Shown in pieces: positions 28,582 to 40,854 of a DNA stretch of 64,000 bases. The position numbers and the translations under genes were made by a program. Location: NCBI GenBank assembly GCA_030265395.1, contig JARFYF010000094.1, positions 56,548,866-56,612,865 of the forward strand. Direction: 5' to 3'. A model generated the notes under the pieces. That model was not told where the DNA came from. It ran no database searches and worked only from the letters and a program-made list of their open reading frames with translations. How positions within the stretch are numbered: position 1 is the first letter of the stretch; every line of letters starts with the position of its first letter. Source of the DNA: Rhina ancylostomus. Taxonomy: Eukaryota.

Positions 28582-29205
28582 TACAGGCAACCCCCACATT
28601 ATGGAACTTTGGTAATTGAAATTTTTCCTTACAGAGTTCACGTGGAGAAATAAATAAATGAATAAACACAAAATGCAGAAGTCATTTTTAGTCACCGATA
28701 CAGTGAGGAAATAAGATTTGGACATGACATCACTATGTCGATTGACTCAAAGTCCCTCCTTTGCCACACCCTCTCCAGCCTGAGGACACGTTAACAGACA
28801 TGAGGGCAGCGTTGCTGCGCTCTTCATCTGCTGATCATCATCTCTGACAAGCTGCATTGTGGGGAAGCTGCAATAGCAATAGCTAGATCATACACTGCCT
28901 CCTTAAAGTAATCCCTCAGCCTTTACTCCACTTCCACTAAATCACTGTATTTTAACCCAATACTCCCCCCAAATTCCTTCTACACCACCTTTCTCCAATG
29001 AACGCTTATCCTTGAATTCTATCCCTTTCCCTGATATCCCACTTCCTAAACCCGTTCCTGATTTATGAATTTTGTCCATCCCCTGGGTCTAAAGTTGGCC
29101 TCAGCTATGAAATAACGGTGGTGGGTCACATTGTCATCGCTGATAAAATGACCTAATATGAGAGAAAAACACCCTGGCGGAACAGATCTCCACTTGTAAC
29201 ATGGG
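28582..29205. mobile_element. Tc1/mariner (Tigger-like) non-autonomous element; left TIR clear, right end disrupted
   Basis: TA|CAGGCAACCCCCacattatgg at 28582 matches the TIR family of the MITE at 63582-63812. A subterminal cggaacagatctccacttgtaacatggg lies at about 29178-29205. Confidence 0.5.
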
Positions 29206-29251
29206 ACTCAATGGGAAAAAGGGGTTTGTGCCTTTTTACCATTGAGTCCCA
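29202..29251. repeat. Near-perfect hairpin: 21-bp stem with 1 mismatch and an 8-nt loop
   Basis: tgggactcaatgggaaaaagg-ggtttgtg-cctttttaccattgagtccca. Confidence 0.92.
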
Positions 29252-29739
29252 AATAAAAATCGCCAACCACTTTCTAGGAATGCAACACCTCCATAACACA
29301 GGTCGCCTGTAGTCCTTGGGCCACATGCTGCATCACTAACACCTGGGCCAGTCCCAACATTATGGCTTTGCTGCCACTCACAGTTGGAAGCAGGAGGGAA
29401 GTGTGGGGAGGCACAATGAGTTGCACAGAAGGGTCACAACTTTCCCTGTCAGACTCCACACAGTTCCTTTGATTTAAAGCTAGGGTTTGGTTTAATTTCC
29501 TGTCTTATGACCCATCACTGGTTCAGGATAGCACTCTCACTCCTCTCCAACCCACCAAACTCAACCTCTCAGAGACAAGGCATTTTCCTTTTCGATGTTC
29601 AAAAATAATTGGTTTTCAGTTATTGTTGAATTATTATTACTTTGGCTAAATTGTGATGAAGTACTGCCATAGAATTTAAGACTTTCCTTTGCTGAAATTT
29701 CAGACTATTGCAACAGAATATAGGAAAAAATTGTGTTTT

Positions 29740-31460
29740 TTGTGAGACACTTATCCCTGGAACCATTCCAATAAATCTTTTCCATATTCTCTAGAGTATC
29801 TGCATCATTCTTAAAGTTAGGAGACCAGTTAGCAGCGCTCCAGTTATGGCCTACCCAGCTTTAACTTAATCTTTTTTTTTGAATCCATGATTCTATCTAC
29901 AAATCCCATATGCATTCCTAACCTCTTTCTCAATGTGCGGTCCCTTTCAAGAATTTTTATTTATGCCCAGGAACCTGCTTATCCTTTAGACCAGTGCCAT
30001 TTAGTCCATATCATGTCCCACTCTTTCTGCCATTTGCCCATTTTGCCAGCCAATCTCTTCTTGCAGTTAGTTACCAACCTCACTGTTAAGCACACTTCCA
30101 AGCTCTAAGTTACCTGCAGATTTTATGCCAGCACCAACTCCAGGAAACTGAAAGGTCTATCATTCTCTACTTTGAAATAAAACTCCCTGCTTTCTTCCTT
30201 TGAGCTAATTTTCTACCCATGCTGCCAGTGACACTTTAATTCCTTTGGCCTCAAGTTCTGTCACAAACATTTTGTGTGGGACTTTTGAAAGCCTTTGAAG
30301 ATCCACATAAATGACATTCACTTCAATATTCCTGTTCTCTCATTAAGAAATTCAATAACTTCAGTGAAACAAATCCATGCATGTTTATCAGCTCAAACTT
30401 CTCAACCTTTATTGATATTTTCCCTGATTATGCTTCTACCAGGTGTCCTTAGCCAAGGTCTGCAGCTGCCTAGTATGTTCTTGCACTTCATTTTGAAACA
30501 TAATGTTACATTAAGCATTCCTTTGCACCTCTCCTGTATCCAGGAACTGAAAGGTTATGGTAATCCCTTCTTCAACCTCCAGCCCCACCTCCCACATGAA
30601 TCGAAGATGCATCCCATCCGGACTAGATTTATTTAAGCATTGTCAAGTTTTCCAGCCATTTAACTTATTATTTCTTCTATCTCCCCTTTTACTGAGATGC
30701 TAGTGGCACATTTTTGGTCAAGGCTGATATTGAGTACTCATTTGGTATTTCAGCTAGACCTTTTGGCTTTATGCACAGATCATCTTCATTATCCCTAACC
30801 AGCTATCCTAGTACCCACATTAATTTACATGCCTATAGATACATTTGCATATATTTTCTCTTTGTTCATCTTAATTCATTTCCCCTATATTCAGCCTGCT
30901 TCTCAATGGAGTTATTCACCTGACATGCATCGTACATATTCTATTTTTCTTTCATCTTCCCTATCTCTTCTGTCATTAAGGAAACTTTGGATTTTAATTA
31001 CAGAATCTTCCCTCATTGGAGTGTATCTAGCTTGCACCTAAAAGAGGTCACCTATTGTTGCATTAGCACTGGCTATAATATTTATTTCATTTTAGCTTGG
31101 CAAAGTCCCCTTCATTCCACTAACTTTGGTCTTCCAGTCACGCTGTTTGCTGGATTTCTGCTTGCCCTTCTCTGTCATTAATCTACACCTAGCGATCCAC
31201 CAATCTCAGTGCTTCAAGTGCATCCACTGATGTGTTGTCCTCAGCCATCTCATTCTCCAGAAACAGTTCCCTCACTGTGACTGGAGGTGGAGAGGGAGGT
31301 AAAAAAAAGTCGAGCTAATCTGCTGCACCCAGCAGTCACCAGTTGCAATGAGGCCCAGGTAACAGAATTCCTGCCCCCAAAGAAATGTGACAGCGATTTC
31401 CAGAAGAAAAAGCTGAGCATGGAGTACTGCCTTACTTTCTGTCAAAGCTGGAATTTTGGG
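29740..31460 (-). mobile_element. Long decayed CR1-type LINE
   Basis: ttttgaaagcctttgaagatccacata (DFQKAF-region remnant), gatgcatcccatccggac (PDGMHP) and cccaggtaacagaattcctgcccc (CR1 5' portion). Confidence 0.6.
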
Positions 31461-32030
31461 TGTCTGATATCCAGTTAAATATATTATAATATAATTATTT
31501 ACAGCACTTATAAGTGCTGTAAATAATGGATGGTAAGTGGGTCTGATTTGGATAGGGAAGAGCATGAGAATTGATGGGGAAGGAGGGCAGACAAGAATTC
31601 GGGGAAAAAGAGGAAGAATGGAAATAATGGGGACAACCGNNNNNNNNNNNNNNNNNNNNNNNNNNNNNNNNNNNNNNNNNNNNNNNNNNNNNNNNNNNNN
31701 NNNNNNNNNNNNNNNNNNNNNNNNNNNNNNNNNNNNNNNGATGAGAGGGGACAGGGTAGGAGGGTGGGAGTGAGGACAACAAGGTGGGAGAGGAAGGAGA
31801 TGAGGAACGGGAGCACACGGGTAATAAGAAATTGGGGACATAGAGCAAGGGGTAGATTGTCTGGCAGAGAGAAACCCAGAGGTGAAGAGAACATGAGATA
31901 ACAAGGGAGTGCATGCAGATGTGGTGAATTAGATGTATAGACCTCAAGACACACAACAAAGGTTGGGGTACCATCTGGATCAGGCATCTAAACTTGGTTC
32001 CTTTGATTAAAAGTGATTTGATATACAAAA

Positions 32031-32238
32031 AGAAAATGCTGGAAACAAGTCAGGCATTATCTGAGGGATGAGAAACAGTTAATGCTTCAGGTCCAAGACC
32101 CTTCTTTCCACCTTCTTTTCCAGTTCTGACAGTCTTAGACTTGAAATATCAAGTCTGCTTCTCTTTCCACAAATGCTGCCTGGCCTATTGAGTGTTTCAA
32201 GCATTTCCTGTCTTTGTTTCAGATTTCCAGTATCTGCA
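32031..32238. mobile_element. Penelope-like element terminal-repeat remnant in fold-back arrangement
   Basis: aaatgctggaaaca (32034-32047) pairs with tgtttcaagcattt (32193-32206). Contains gctgcctggcc and ends ttcagatttccagtatctgca. Related pieces at about 17255-17310, 19070-19200 and 49960-50070. Confidence 0.55.
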
Positions 32239-33800
32239 ATTTTTCATTTTTCATGATTTGATATTTCACCTGCTCTCTGGCTATTGGTTTGACCCAGATG
32301 GAGCACTGATTTAAGGTCACTTCACTGCATTTCACATGGTTCTCGATCTCATCCACTGTTGACTCATGTACTTCATATCACCTTGAAATGAACTCTGGTT
32401 TATCCCTGTCAAGCTGGGTTCTCTACAACCAGACCACTTGACGAGTACAGATAGTCAAAGCAGGACTGGATTAGACTCAGACCAACTTACCTGGGCTCAT
32501 CACTCCTCTATCCTTGCAGTAACTCGTCCAAAAATTATAATTTATTGTCTTGACTAATATGTGAATTTAAGCAAGCTCCTTGATAATGGACCCCTTTGTC
32601 ACTAATAGTGGGATGAAGGAAATAAGGAATGTGCAAGAGGCTACAATTAGTGGAACACAAAATCCAGATTGTAAGACTGAAGATGGTTACAGTGATAGCA
32701 GCAAGCCTACAGTGGGATAGAAATTCAATAAAGTTTTTAGTATGTTATTATAGGCTATAAAGGCAAAGCATTTTCCTTCAAATTAAGCAAAAATTATGGA
32801 ATTGCTTAACATTGTAATTAAATCTGATAAACAATTAACTTTTAATCTCCCAATTAATTAACATTTTCATTAAAAAATTAAACTGTGATTGCCTGGTATG
32901 ATGCTCACTACTTCCCCAAAACTTTCACTTCACTATAGTGGATTGCAGAATAGCTCAAAGGTGGCAGTAACGAACTTTACTTCACAAATATGATTTTTAC
33001 TTTAAAAACATAAAAGATCTGAAAAATTCTTGTGATATCAAATCATCCAACATGTTGAATTTGCTAGCCACCAGTTACAGAAATTTATTTTAAAATCCTC
33101 AATTTTTGATATGATGAATCACCACCAGAAAAACAAAACTAGAGAGTAAGTAGTCATCGTTATACCCTTGCCCTACTTCTTTTCCCCAGAAATATAATCT
33201 GTATATTACAGTTCATTCTCTAAAGTTCAAAATGTAGAGACTTTATTAAAGCTATTATTTGAGATTTTTAAAACTTTTAATTATTTGGTGGGGATGGTTG
33301 TTCACAAGAGTTTGGTTATGTTCTTATCCCTTTTCATAGTGTTTGCCTCTCGTGTGATCCATAACATTTCTCTAGCACATCATGGCACAGAAACAACAGT
33401 GCTTTTTGTTCATCTCACAGCTTCATGGATGATCACAAATATATTCCAATACATCCATAGTCTCTGCTTTTCTTTCAGATTGTCTACGATGCACTTAAAT
33501 ATAAGCCTGATTCTTTAAATAAACCCCAATCTATTCCAAGCTAGCAATATTATTGTCATCATCTTTATTAGCAGTTTATTTAGAGTCCATAACCTAAGAA
33601 GTACATTCTTAAAGTGAAAGTTCATTGTCAAAATAAATTAACTATTTTGGGACTTAATATTCAAAGACAAAAACTTATGCACCACTGCTGGCAGAACAAA
33701 CTTATAAACAGCACCACCAAAAAAGCCAACAAAATCAAGTGAAGCTACACATTAAATCAGTACAAGCAATTTACAATGATTTTCCCTGTGAAATGCTTAC

Positions 33801-33869
33801 ATCGTTATAATAAGCTGAATCAGGCTGAATTGCTCGGAGGTCTCTGTGATCTCTCTGCCAAACCCGGTT
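33801..33869 (-). CDS. WDR33: WDR33 exon 3 (69 nt)
   Basis: ttttttAG|AAC CGG GTT TGG...TAT AAC GAT|GTaagc. Translates [23 protein letters not shown] (human [23 protein letters not shown]); phase 0/0. Not in the ORF track in this frame. Confidence 0.96.
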
Positions 33870-34089
33870 CTAAAAATAAAAGAAAGAAACAAATCAGCAA
33901 ATAATATTACTCTGACACTCGCTTGGTTCTTTAAATGACAACTGTACACTGGTAATTGATCATACACACATGATAAAGAACATTCAGTTTTATAATCACT
34001 ATCATACGTAAGAGCCATTTTGAATTTTCATCACTAACAGCGGTGGATGGCCCTATTCATACACTTACACACTGCCTTCAGACGAATCA

Positions 34090-35730
34090 TTCCAGTGAGA
34101 ACCAAACTGAATACAGTAAGCTGAGAGAGGAAGTGAAAGGAAAATAAGGTAAATAATGTAGATACAAAGGAATGGCAATTGTCATGAAAGGGAAGCCAAA
34201 GTTTACTTCAAGCATGCAAATATTAAGTAGGAGCAAGAGAAGGATGGGGTGGATTAGGCATAACGATAACTCATACCTAGAAAAGGCAGTATAACTGGAA
34301 TATTAATATAATATTTTCAATTCATCTTTACCAAGGAAAAGGAAACTGCCAAAATCTCAGATAGGGAAGTGGTAGATAAAATGCAAATTGATGAGGCATT
34401 GGCACTAGAAAAGCTAAGTGTGCTTAAACAATACATCTGGTTCAAATGAGATGCGTCCTAGATTGATGAGAAAAGTGGGGGCGGAAGTTGCACAAGATCT
34501 TCCAAGCCTCCTTTGATACAGTTGAGGCATCGGAGGACTGAAAAGTGGAAATGACAATGTTCAAAGCTCAGTTTTGAGGGAGCTGAAAGAAATAATCAGG
34601 GAAAACATTAACTTGAAGTTTGAGTTGAGAAATGAGAGCTCATTAAAGGAAAAAAAAATCATCACATTTGGTTACCTGATTGGATATTTTGATGAGGCTA
34701 TTACACCCAGATTTGTCTAATCAGCCATCTCCATGCGCATCACAACACTATAGACTAGATGGTATGGCCTTACTTGGGAATGAGTAAAGAACAACACACA
34801 AGGCTGAAGGGAATTCATTAGATGATGTCTGCATGGAAGGCATTAGATAAGAGTCGCTCACACAAAACACTTCATGGCAAAATTGAGACTCAATGAAATA
34901 TAGGGTCAGTAGCAGCAAGGCTGTTCCCCAACAGACAATGTTGGACAGTATGTTAATAAGTATGACATGGGTGTACAGAGTAAATGTGTGGATGGTACCA
35001 TGCTTGGAAGTATGGTGACAGTGAAGAGAATGGTAATTGAGACAGGCTAGCTGAGTGGACCGATGAAACTCAATACAGAGAACTATTAGGTCATGTGCTT
35101 TGACTGACAGAATAAAGACAAGCAATATGGACTAAACGGCAGTTCCAAAGGGTGCGCAGGAACAGAGTTGTATATGGACATTGACCCTAAGAGTGGCAGG
35201 AAATGTTGAGACAGTAACATATGTGGGGTCTTATCATTCACGAAGAAGCAGTGTAGAGAGTTTATATTGAAGCAAGACAAGACTTATAAGGCCACAACTG
35301 GAGTACAGTGTCCAAACTTCTTCAAACTGAAGGTCCTAGAAAAGTTGTGGAAATGTAGGGATGATTCTCCTCAGGGCAAAGTAGTTGCCATTTGATAGAG
35401 GTGTCGAAGATCATAATTGCTTTTGAAAGGCTTATCAAATCAGCTTGAGGAAAGCAATTCCCATTACTGGACAATTCAAGGACCAGGGTTACAGATTTAG
35501 GGGAAAAATGCTTGGCAATAGGAAGGAAAGCTTTTATTTAACACAGTTATGATATGGAATTCACTGTTTGTTGGAAAGAGAATCAGTGCCTTCAAAAGAA
35601 AATTGCATAGGCACCCGAGTCAAGAAATTGCAGCAATGTGGAAATTAGAAGGGAATGGAACCAAGGGAATTGCTTTATTTGAAGAAAGCACAGACTTGAT
35701 GGCCCAAATGGCATTCTATGATTCTATATG
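34090..35730 (+). mobile_element. Long decayed CR1-type LINE
   Basis: gagatgcgtcctagattg, ataaggccacaactggagtacagtgtcca (RPQLEY.VQ), aggaccagggttacagattta, atatggaattcactg, and a 3'UTR ending ctatgattctat. Confidence 0.7.
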
Positions 35731-36864
35731 GCTGATATTACTCCTATGCTTCCAATTTCCTGTGTAAATGACTTCATAGGTTTTGTAGGCTCTCTGTCAA
35801 ATGGGGCACTGAAATTCAGAATGCAAAAGGTCCTTTTACTTCTGTGATTGGGCTAATCTCAAGATAGGTGCTATCTGGTCTATCAGAACTTCTTCAATAT
35901 TACCTAGCTTGTGGCAGGAGGATGGATGAATAGTGAAGAGCAAGGAAGACAGATTTAATAAAAAAAAAGGAATCAAATAATCCCCATGTTCTTGAGATGC
36001 TGTACTTTCAAAAACCACAAGATTTTACCGTTCATTGTCACTTTGCTGTTTGTGGAAGCTTGTATAGAAATTGTTGTAATGTGGGAAACGCAGCAACCAG
36101 TGATACACTAAAACTCCTTTGGACAATATGAACCCCAGAAAGGAGATAGTTAAATGTCAGATACACTTTATTAGATAGTGTGGATATAACAGGCAGTTTG
36201 TGGCTTGAAAGAGATAACTTTCACGGTCAGTCAGTCTGATGACAGTCACTCCATGGGCTCAAAGAACGATCATACAGGTAAACAGTAAAAGAGTTGCTGA
36301 TGTAACTGTGCCTAAACACAAACCATCTTCAAAAGGAAAAATTCTCAAACGTATCTCAGTGAAATAAAATTCAAAGAGATAGCAGGGTTTTACTTAAGCA
36401 TCTACCCTACCATCATTTTTCTCAGCACAACAGTACACTTAAAAGTCTGCTTGGATTTGTTACTCAATTTGGTTCATCGATGTGTACTGTCATTAAACTT
36501 GCAAGGGATGAATGGGAAAGTGTTCCTAAGCTTTTCTAATTTCAACAAATAATTTGCAAAATTAATTTCAATAATCTGGAAACTGGTATGGATTATCACA
36601 AAATAAAGCAACTTCAATTACTGCAAAACCCACATGATTCACAACTAACTTTAGGAAAGAAGGCTGCTCACTCCGACCTGGTCTAGTTATACTTCACTCC
36701 AGTGCTATGCCAAGTGGATGAACTGACATAACCAGATATTCTTATTTGTCTTGACAATTAAGTGATGAAATCAACCTCTCTAACATTTCCACGTCAGTAA
36801 TTTTTAGCCAATTCACTTTACATTAACAAAAAGCCTCCAAAACATATTCTGGACATTTGTTCAA

Positions 36865-37520
36865 TCTTCTCCTCAGGCATTCCCTAGGGGTTGAGGACGG
36901 CTTGCTTCCACTCCAGTTTTATGGATTCTGAAATGACAAGGCCAATATGGGAACTGTAGACACTTCCACAGAAGGAGCAGGAGATACCTCATGGGGCACA
37001 TAGTTTGTGAGATGACATGCTCCTGTTTCTAGTGTTCCCAATGCTTGTACTCAAGGTTAATGTACAATGGTAGCCGCAATTCTCCAAAGGACTTCTTCAT
37101 TTTTTTATTCAATTATGGCCACAGCTCACAAGGACAATATTACCACCCATTCCTAAGTGCCCTTCAAGAAGTGATGGTGAACCACTACAATCTTTGCAAA
37201 GGCATTCCCATAGCCCTACCACATTGAGAGTTAATACTTTGACCCAGCAACAATGAAGGAACTGCAATGTATTTCCAAGTCAGGATGGTGTTCAACTTGA
37301 AGGGGCAATTGCAAGTGATGGTGCCCATGCATCTGCTGTCCTTGTCCTAAATGGTAGTTTGCAGATTAGGAGGCCATGTTGCAGAAGCATCGATGCATTG
37401 CTGCGATGAATTAATTACGTGGCAAGCACTGCAGTCACAATGTGCTGATATGACCATCTGTCTCTTCATGGTCAGGGTAGTCCCAACATATAAACATCGA
37501 GCCCCAGTCACATGGTGAAT
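36865..37520 (-). mobile_element. RTE 3' end fragment adjoining an L2/CR1-group 3' tail
   Basis: ccctaggggttgaggacggcttgcttccactccag (RTE), then tttattc..cccattcctaagtgcccttcaagaagtgatggtga..ttccaagtcaggatggtg, the reverse of the tail at about 17930-18120. Confidence 0.6.
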
Positions 37521-38616
37521 AACAATGGAACATTCAGGCATCCACAGTCCATTGAGTCCTGACAGACACTTCTTCAGTGACTCATGAAAGGAAGAGGCAA
37601 AATGTCAGCAAGAGTAGGGTCCAGAAGGTAGTGCTAACAGGAGCAGTGACAGTGAAGTGGGGAAAAAAAAACAACTTCGAGAGCTGCTTGCAGTCATCAT
37701 ATTGAAGCTGGTTAGTTGTGTTTGCAATCTCATTAAAACTGTCACAATTTGCCTTAGGGTTAGTAAAGCTTGTAACAAATACTTTCACCTTTTACTTTGT
37801 TGGCCAGTTAAATAATAAGACCAAGGCATTCAACACTTTGGGGCATTTTTCTTCACAAGAGTTTTATATAAATGCCCCAAAGTGCATAATGTTGCACTGT
37901 ATAATGTTGCTGTGATTGTATCAGCATACTTTGTAGAGATGAGGTATGAACTCCCATCTATGATCACCATACCAAATCAGCTTTTATAAATTTTCCTACT
38001 GTGCTTGGGCTTTCAATCTATTGTAGTTTTATTCAGCATAAGGGCATATGAATGCCTGATTTTGAAGACTTCTGGAAAAAAAACGATGGTAAAAATACAC
38101 CATTTAGTCCATGTCAAAAAATATCTTATAAGCAACATGTCTATCTTTGATTCTCCTTCAACATTGACTTTATAGAATAAAAAGTGTGATGGAAGGAAAG
38201 AAAAAGCAGCAGATGCCCTATTCACCAGCAGAAAGCTGGTATTTCAATTGACTTGTTCAACACTTATTGAAAAAAGACAAAATATACGTACAAAGAATCA
38301 CTTGGTCAGGGTAGATAAAAGTTACTATATAGCCCATTTTTTAAACTGCCTTTCAGGTAAGATAGTGGAAGAGGGAGATTCTTACACTGCAAGGAATACA
38401 TTAGGCATGAGCAAATGACTTTATATGAAATTACCTCCTTCTGAGAGGCTCACTGTGATTTGTTCCAGTGTCAGGTCAGGTTCTATCCTTGTACAGCAAT
38501 GCTGTAACAGACAAATTATACCCCACCATTGCTTAAGTATACTTATTTATAATTAGCCAGAATGGATCCCTGCATCTGTACGAATAAGGACTTGCACTAA
38601 CGCACCACCTTTCACC

Positions 38617-39108
38617 GGGGGGGGGGGGGGGGGGGGGGGTGGGNNNNNNNNNNNNNNNNNNNNNNNNNNNNNNNNNNNNNNNNNNNNNNNNNNNNNNNNN
38701 NNNNNNNNNNNNNNNNNNNNNNNNNNNNNNNNNNNNNNNNNNNNNNNNNNNNNNNNNNNNNNNNNNNNNNNNNNNNNNNNNNNNNNNNNNNNNNNNNNNN
38801 NNNNNNNNNNNNNNNNNNNNNNNNNNNNNNNNNNNNNNNNNNNNNNNNNNNNNNNNNNNNNNNNNNNNNNNNNNNNNNNNNNNNNNNNNNNNNNNNNNNN
38901 NNNNNNNNNNNNNNNNNNNNNNNNNNNNNNNNNNNNNNNNNNNNNNNNNNNNNNNNNNNNNNNNNNNNNNNNNNNNNNNNNNNNNNNNNNNNNNNNNNNN
39001 NNNNNNNNNNNNNNNNNNNNNNNNNNNNNNNNNNNNNNNNNNNNNNNNNNNNNNNNNNNNNNNNNNNNNNNNNNNNNNNNNNNNNNNNNNNNNNNNNNNN
39101 NNNNNNNN
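38617..39108. other. Poly-G run followed by the largest assembly gap in the window (N 38644-39108)
   Basis: Directly visible. Other gaps include 12617-12716, 31640-31739, 49577-49642, 55577-55676, 58371-58514 and 59028-59127. Confidence 0.95.
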
Positions 39109-40330
39109 GCAAAGCTGGAACATTAAGGGGACATGCTGAGACCATCTCTTGTTGGAGATGGTCACTGCCTGATATTTATTATGGGCCATTTTAGCCCACA
39201 TCCAAAGTTGTCCAGGGCTTGCAGCATGCTAGCCACCCAAGGATCCTCAAATAGAAGTGAAATATGTACAACCGTCAATCATCCCCACCTCTAATCTTAT
39301 AATAAAGGGAAGATCACTAAGCACCACAGCAGGATTGCTGTAAGGTGACACAAATTGTATTCAGTGCTCAGGCATATATTGGGTGCTGTAATGGCGAGGA
39401 TCCATTCTGCACTTCCGGCTGTGGATACTTGCAAATATGTTAGTCTGGTCTTTAGTATTCCCATGAATAGGTTCTGCCATTACTAAAAGTGGGAATGTTC
39501 TTGGAGCTTTCACTTCTCCACTAGTAAATTGTTCATCAGCATCCATGACTGGATATGACAGGCCTGAAGATCAATTGGTATGGGATCACTTAATTTTGTT
39601 TACTGCATACTGTTCAGCATGCATGCAATCCTGCACTGTAGTTTCACCAGGTTTGCATCTAAGTTTAATCTCTAGTACATGATACATGACATATTCCCAT
39701 CATCCAGGCCATCCCATCTTCTCGCAGCTACCATCAGGCAGCAAACCCACACCACCAGGTTTAACGGTTACTTCCATTTCAACCATTCAGTTCTTGAACC
39801 AACTGGCACAACCCTAATCATTGCAGTTTAGCAACACCATGACCACTTTGCACTAAAATGGACTTTGTGTTTTTTTGTTCTAATTTTTTCCATTCTTGTA
39901 AACGTTATGTTTAATTGATGTTTTTCTTGTGTATGCTGCTTATCTGATGCAGTGTGCCTGTGATGCTGCTGCAACTAAGTTTTTCATTGCAGTTGTGCAT
40001 ACATGCACTTGTGCATATGACAATAAACTTGACGTTGACATCATGGATGCCCATTTTAATCCATTGCACCTATTCTGAACCAATGCCATTATGGAGAGTA
40101 AAGATTGGGATTTATCTGCACAACCAAAGGTTTCATGGAAAAATACCTCAGCAGATAGGTGATAAGGGCAAGTACATTAATTCCTTGGGTTAATTGTTTC
40201 AATGGCTCCATCCTTCAGGACTTAGCCAAATTGATCAGTGGTGGTCCTATTGTCCAATCTTGGCAATGGACAATGAAATCCTCCAAAATAGTGCATTCTG
40301 TGCCTGCTCCACTGTTTCAAAAGTGTGTTT
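39109..40330 (-). mobile_element. L2/CR1-group LINE, decayed, with a nested plus-strand Rex/Babar 3' end at about 39690-40040
   Basis: gagatggtcactgcctgatattt (KYQAVTIS), the same family as 16780-18126. The insert reads catccaggccat..ctaccatcaggcag..caccaccaggtt..gacaataaacttgacgttgac. Confidence 0.65.
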
Positions 40331-40854
40331 CATGATTAGTTGTTTTCAGGTTTCCATTGCCTAATGTTTAACCTAATGCCACAAGACTGGATCAGAACAC
40401 AAAGTTGAAGACCCCCCACTTCACCCTGAGTGTATACCGTGTCTCTTCACATCCAATGGGTAATTCTGGCCCCAAATGTAGTACCTACCCAAGGATCACC
40501 AGAAAGGAATCTATGGCACTGGTGCAAAAGTTCAATCCTGCAGAATCTATATCAGGCTAATGCATGTCTACGGGACAACCCTCAGACATTCACAAAGAGA
40601 ACTTTACAGGCTCAAAAGGACTAGGTAAGCCTTTGCCATGTACAAATATGTCAACTCTGCTTATGTCAGGTGGGATGTCGGGCATTCTTATTGTGCTTGG
40701 ATTAAGTGTTTGAGTAGCTTGGTCAGCCATTTCAGAGGCTATAACAATTTAAATGTGCCCACCTTTAGTCCCATAAGTTTTGTGCAGAACTACATCAGTT
40801 CACCAAACTGCTGCAGCGCAGGAAGCCATTCAGCATTTCAGCTCCGTACTGGCT

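Noticed and set aside
38533-39201. Long ORFs (166-222 aa) in the ORF track, and similar ones at 31272-32028
   Set aside because: These are artefacts of translating through N gaps and low-complexity G or purine runs.
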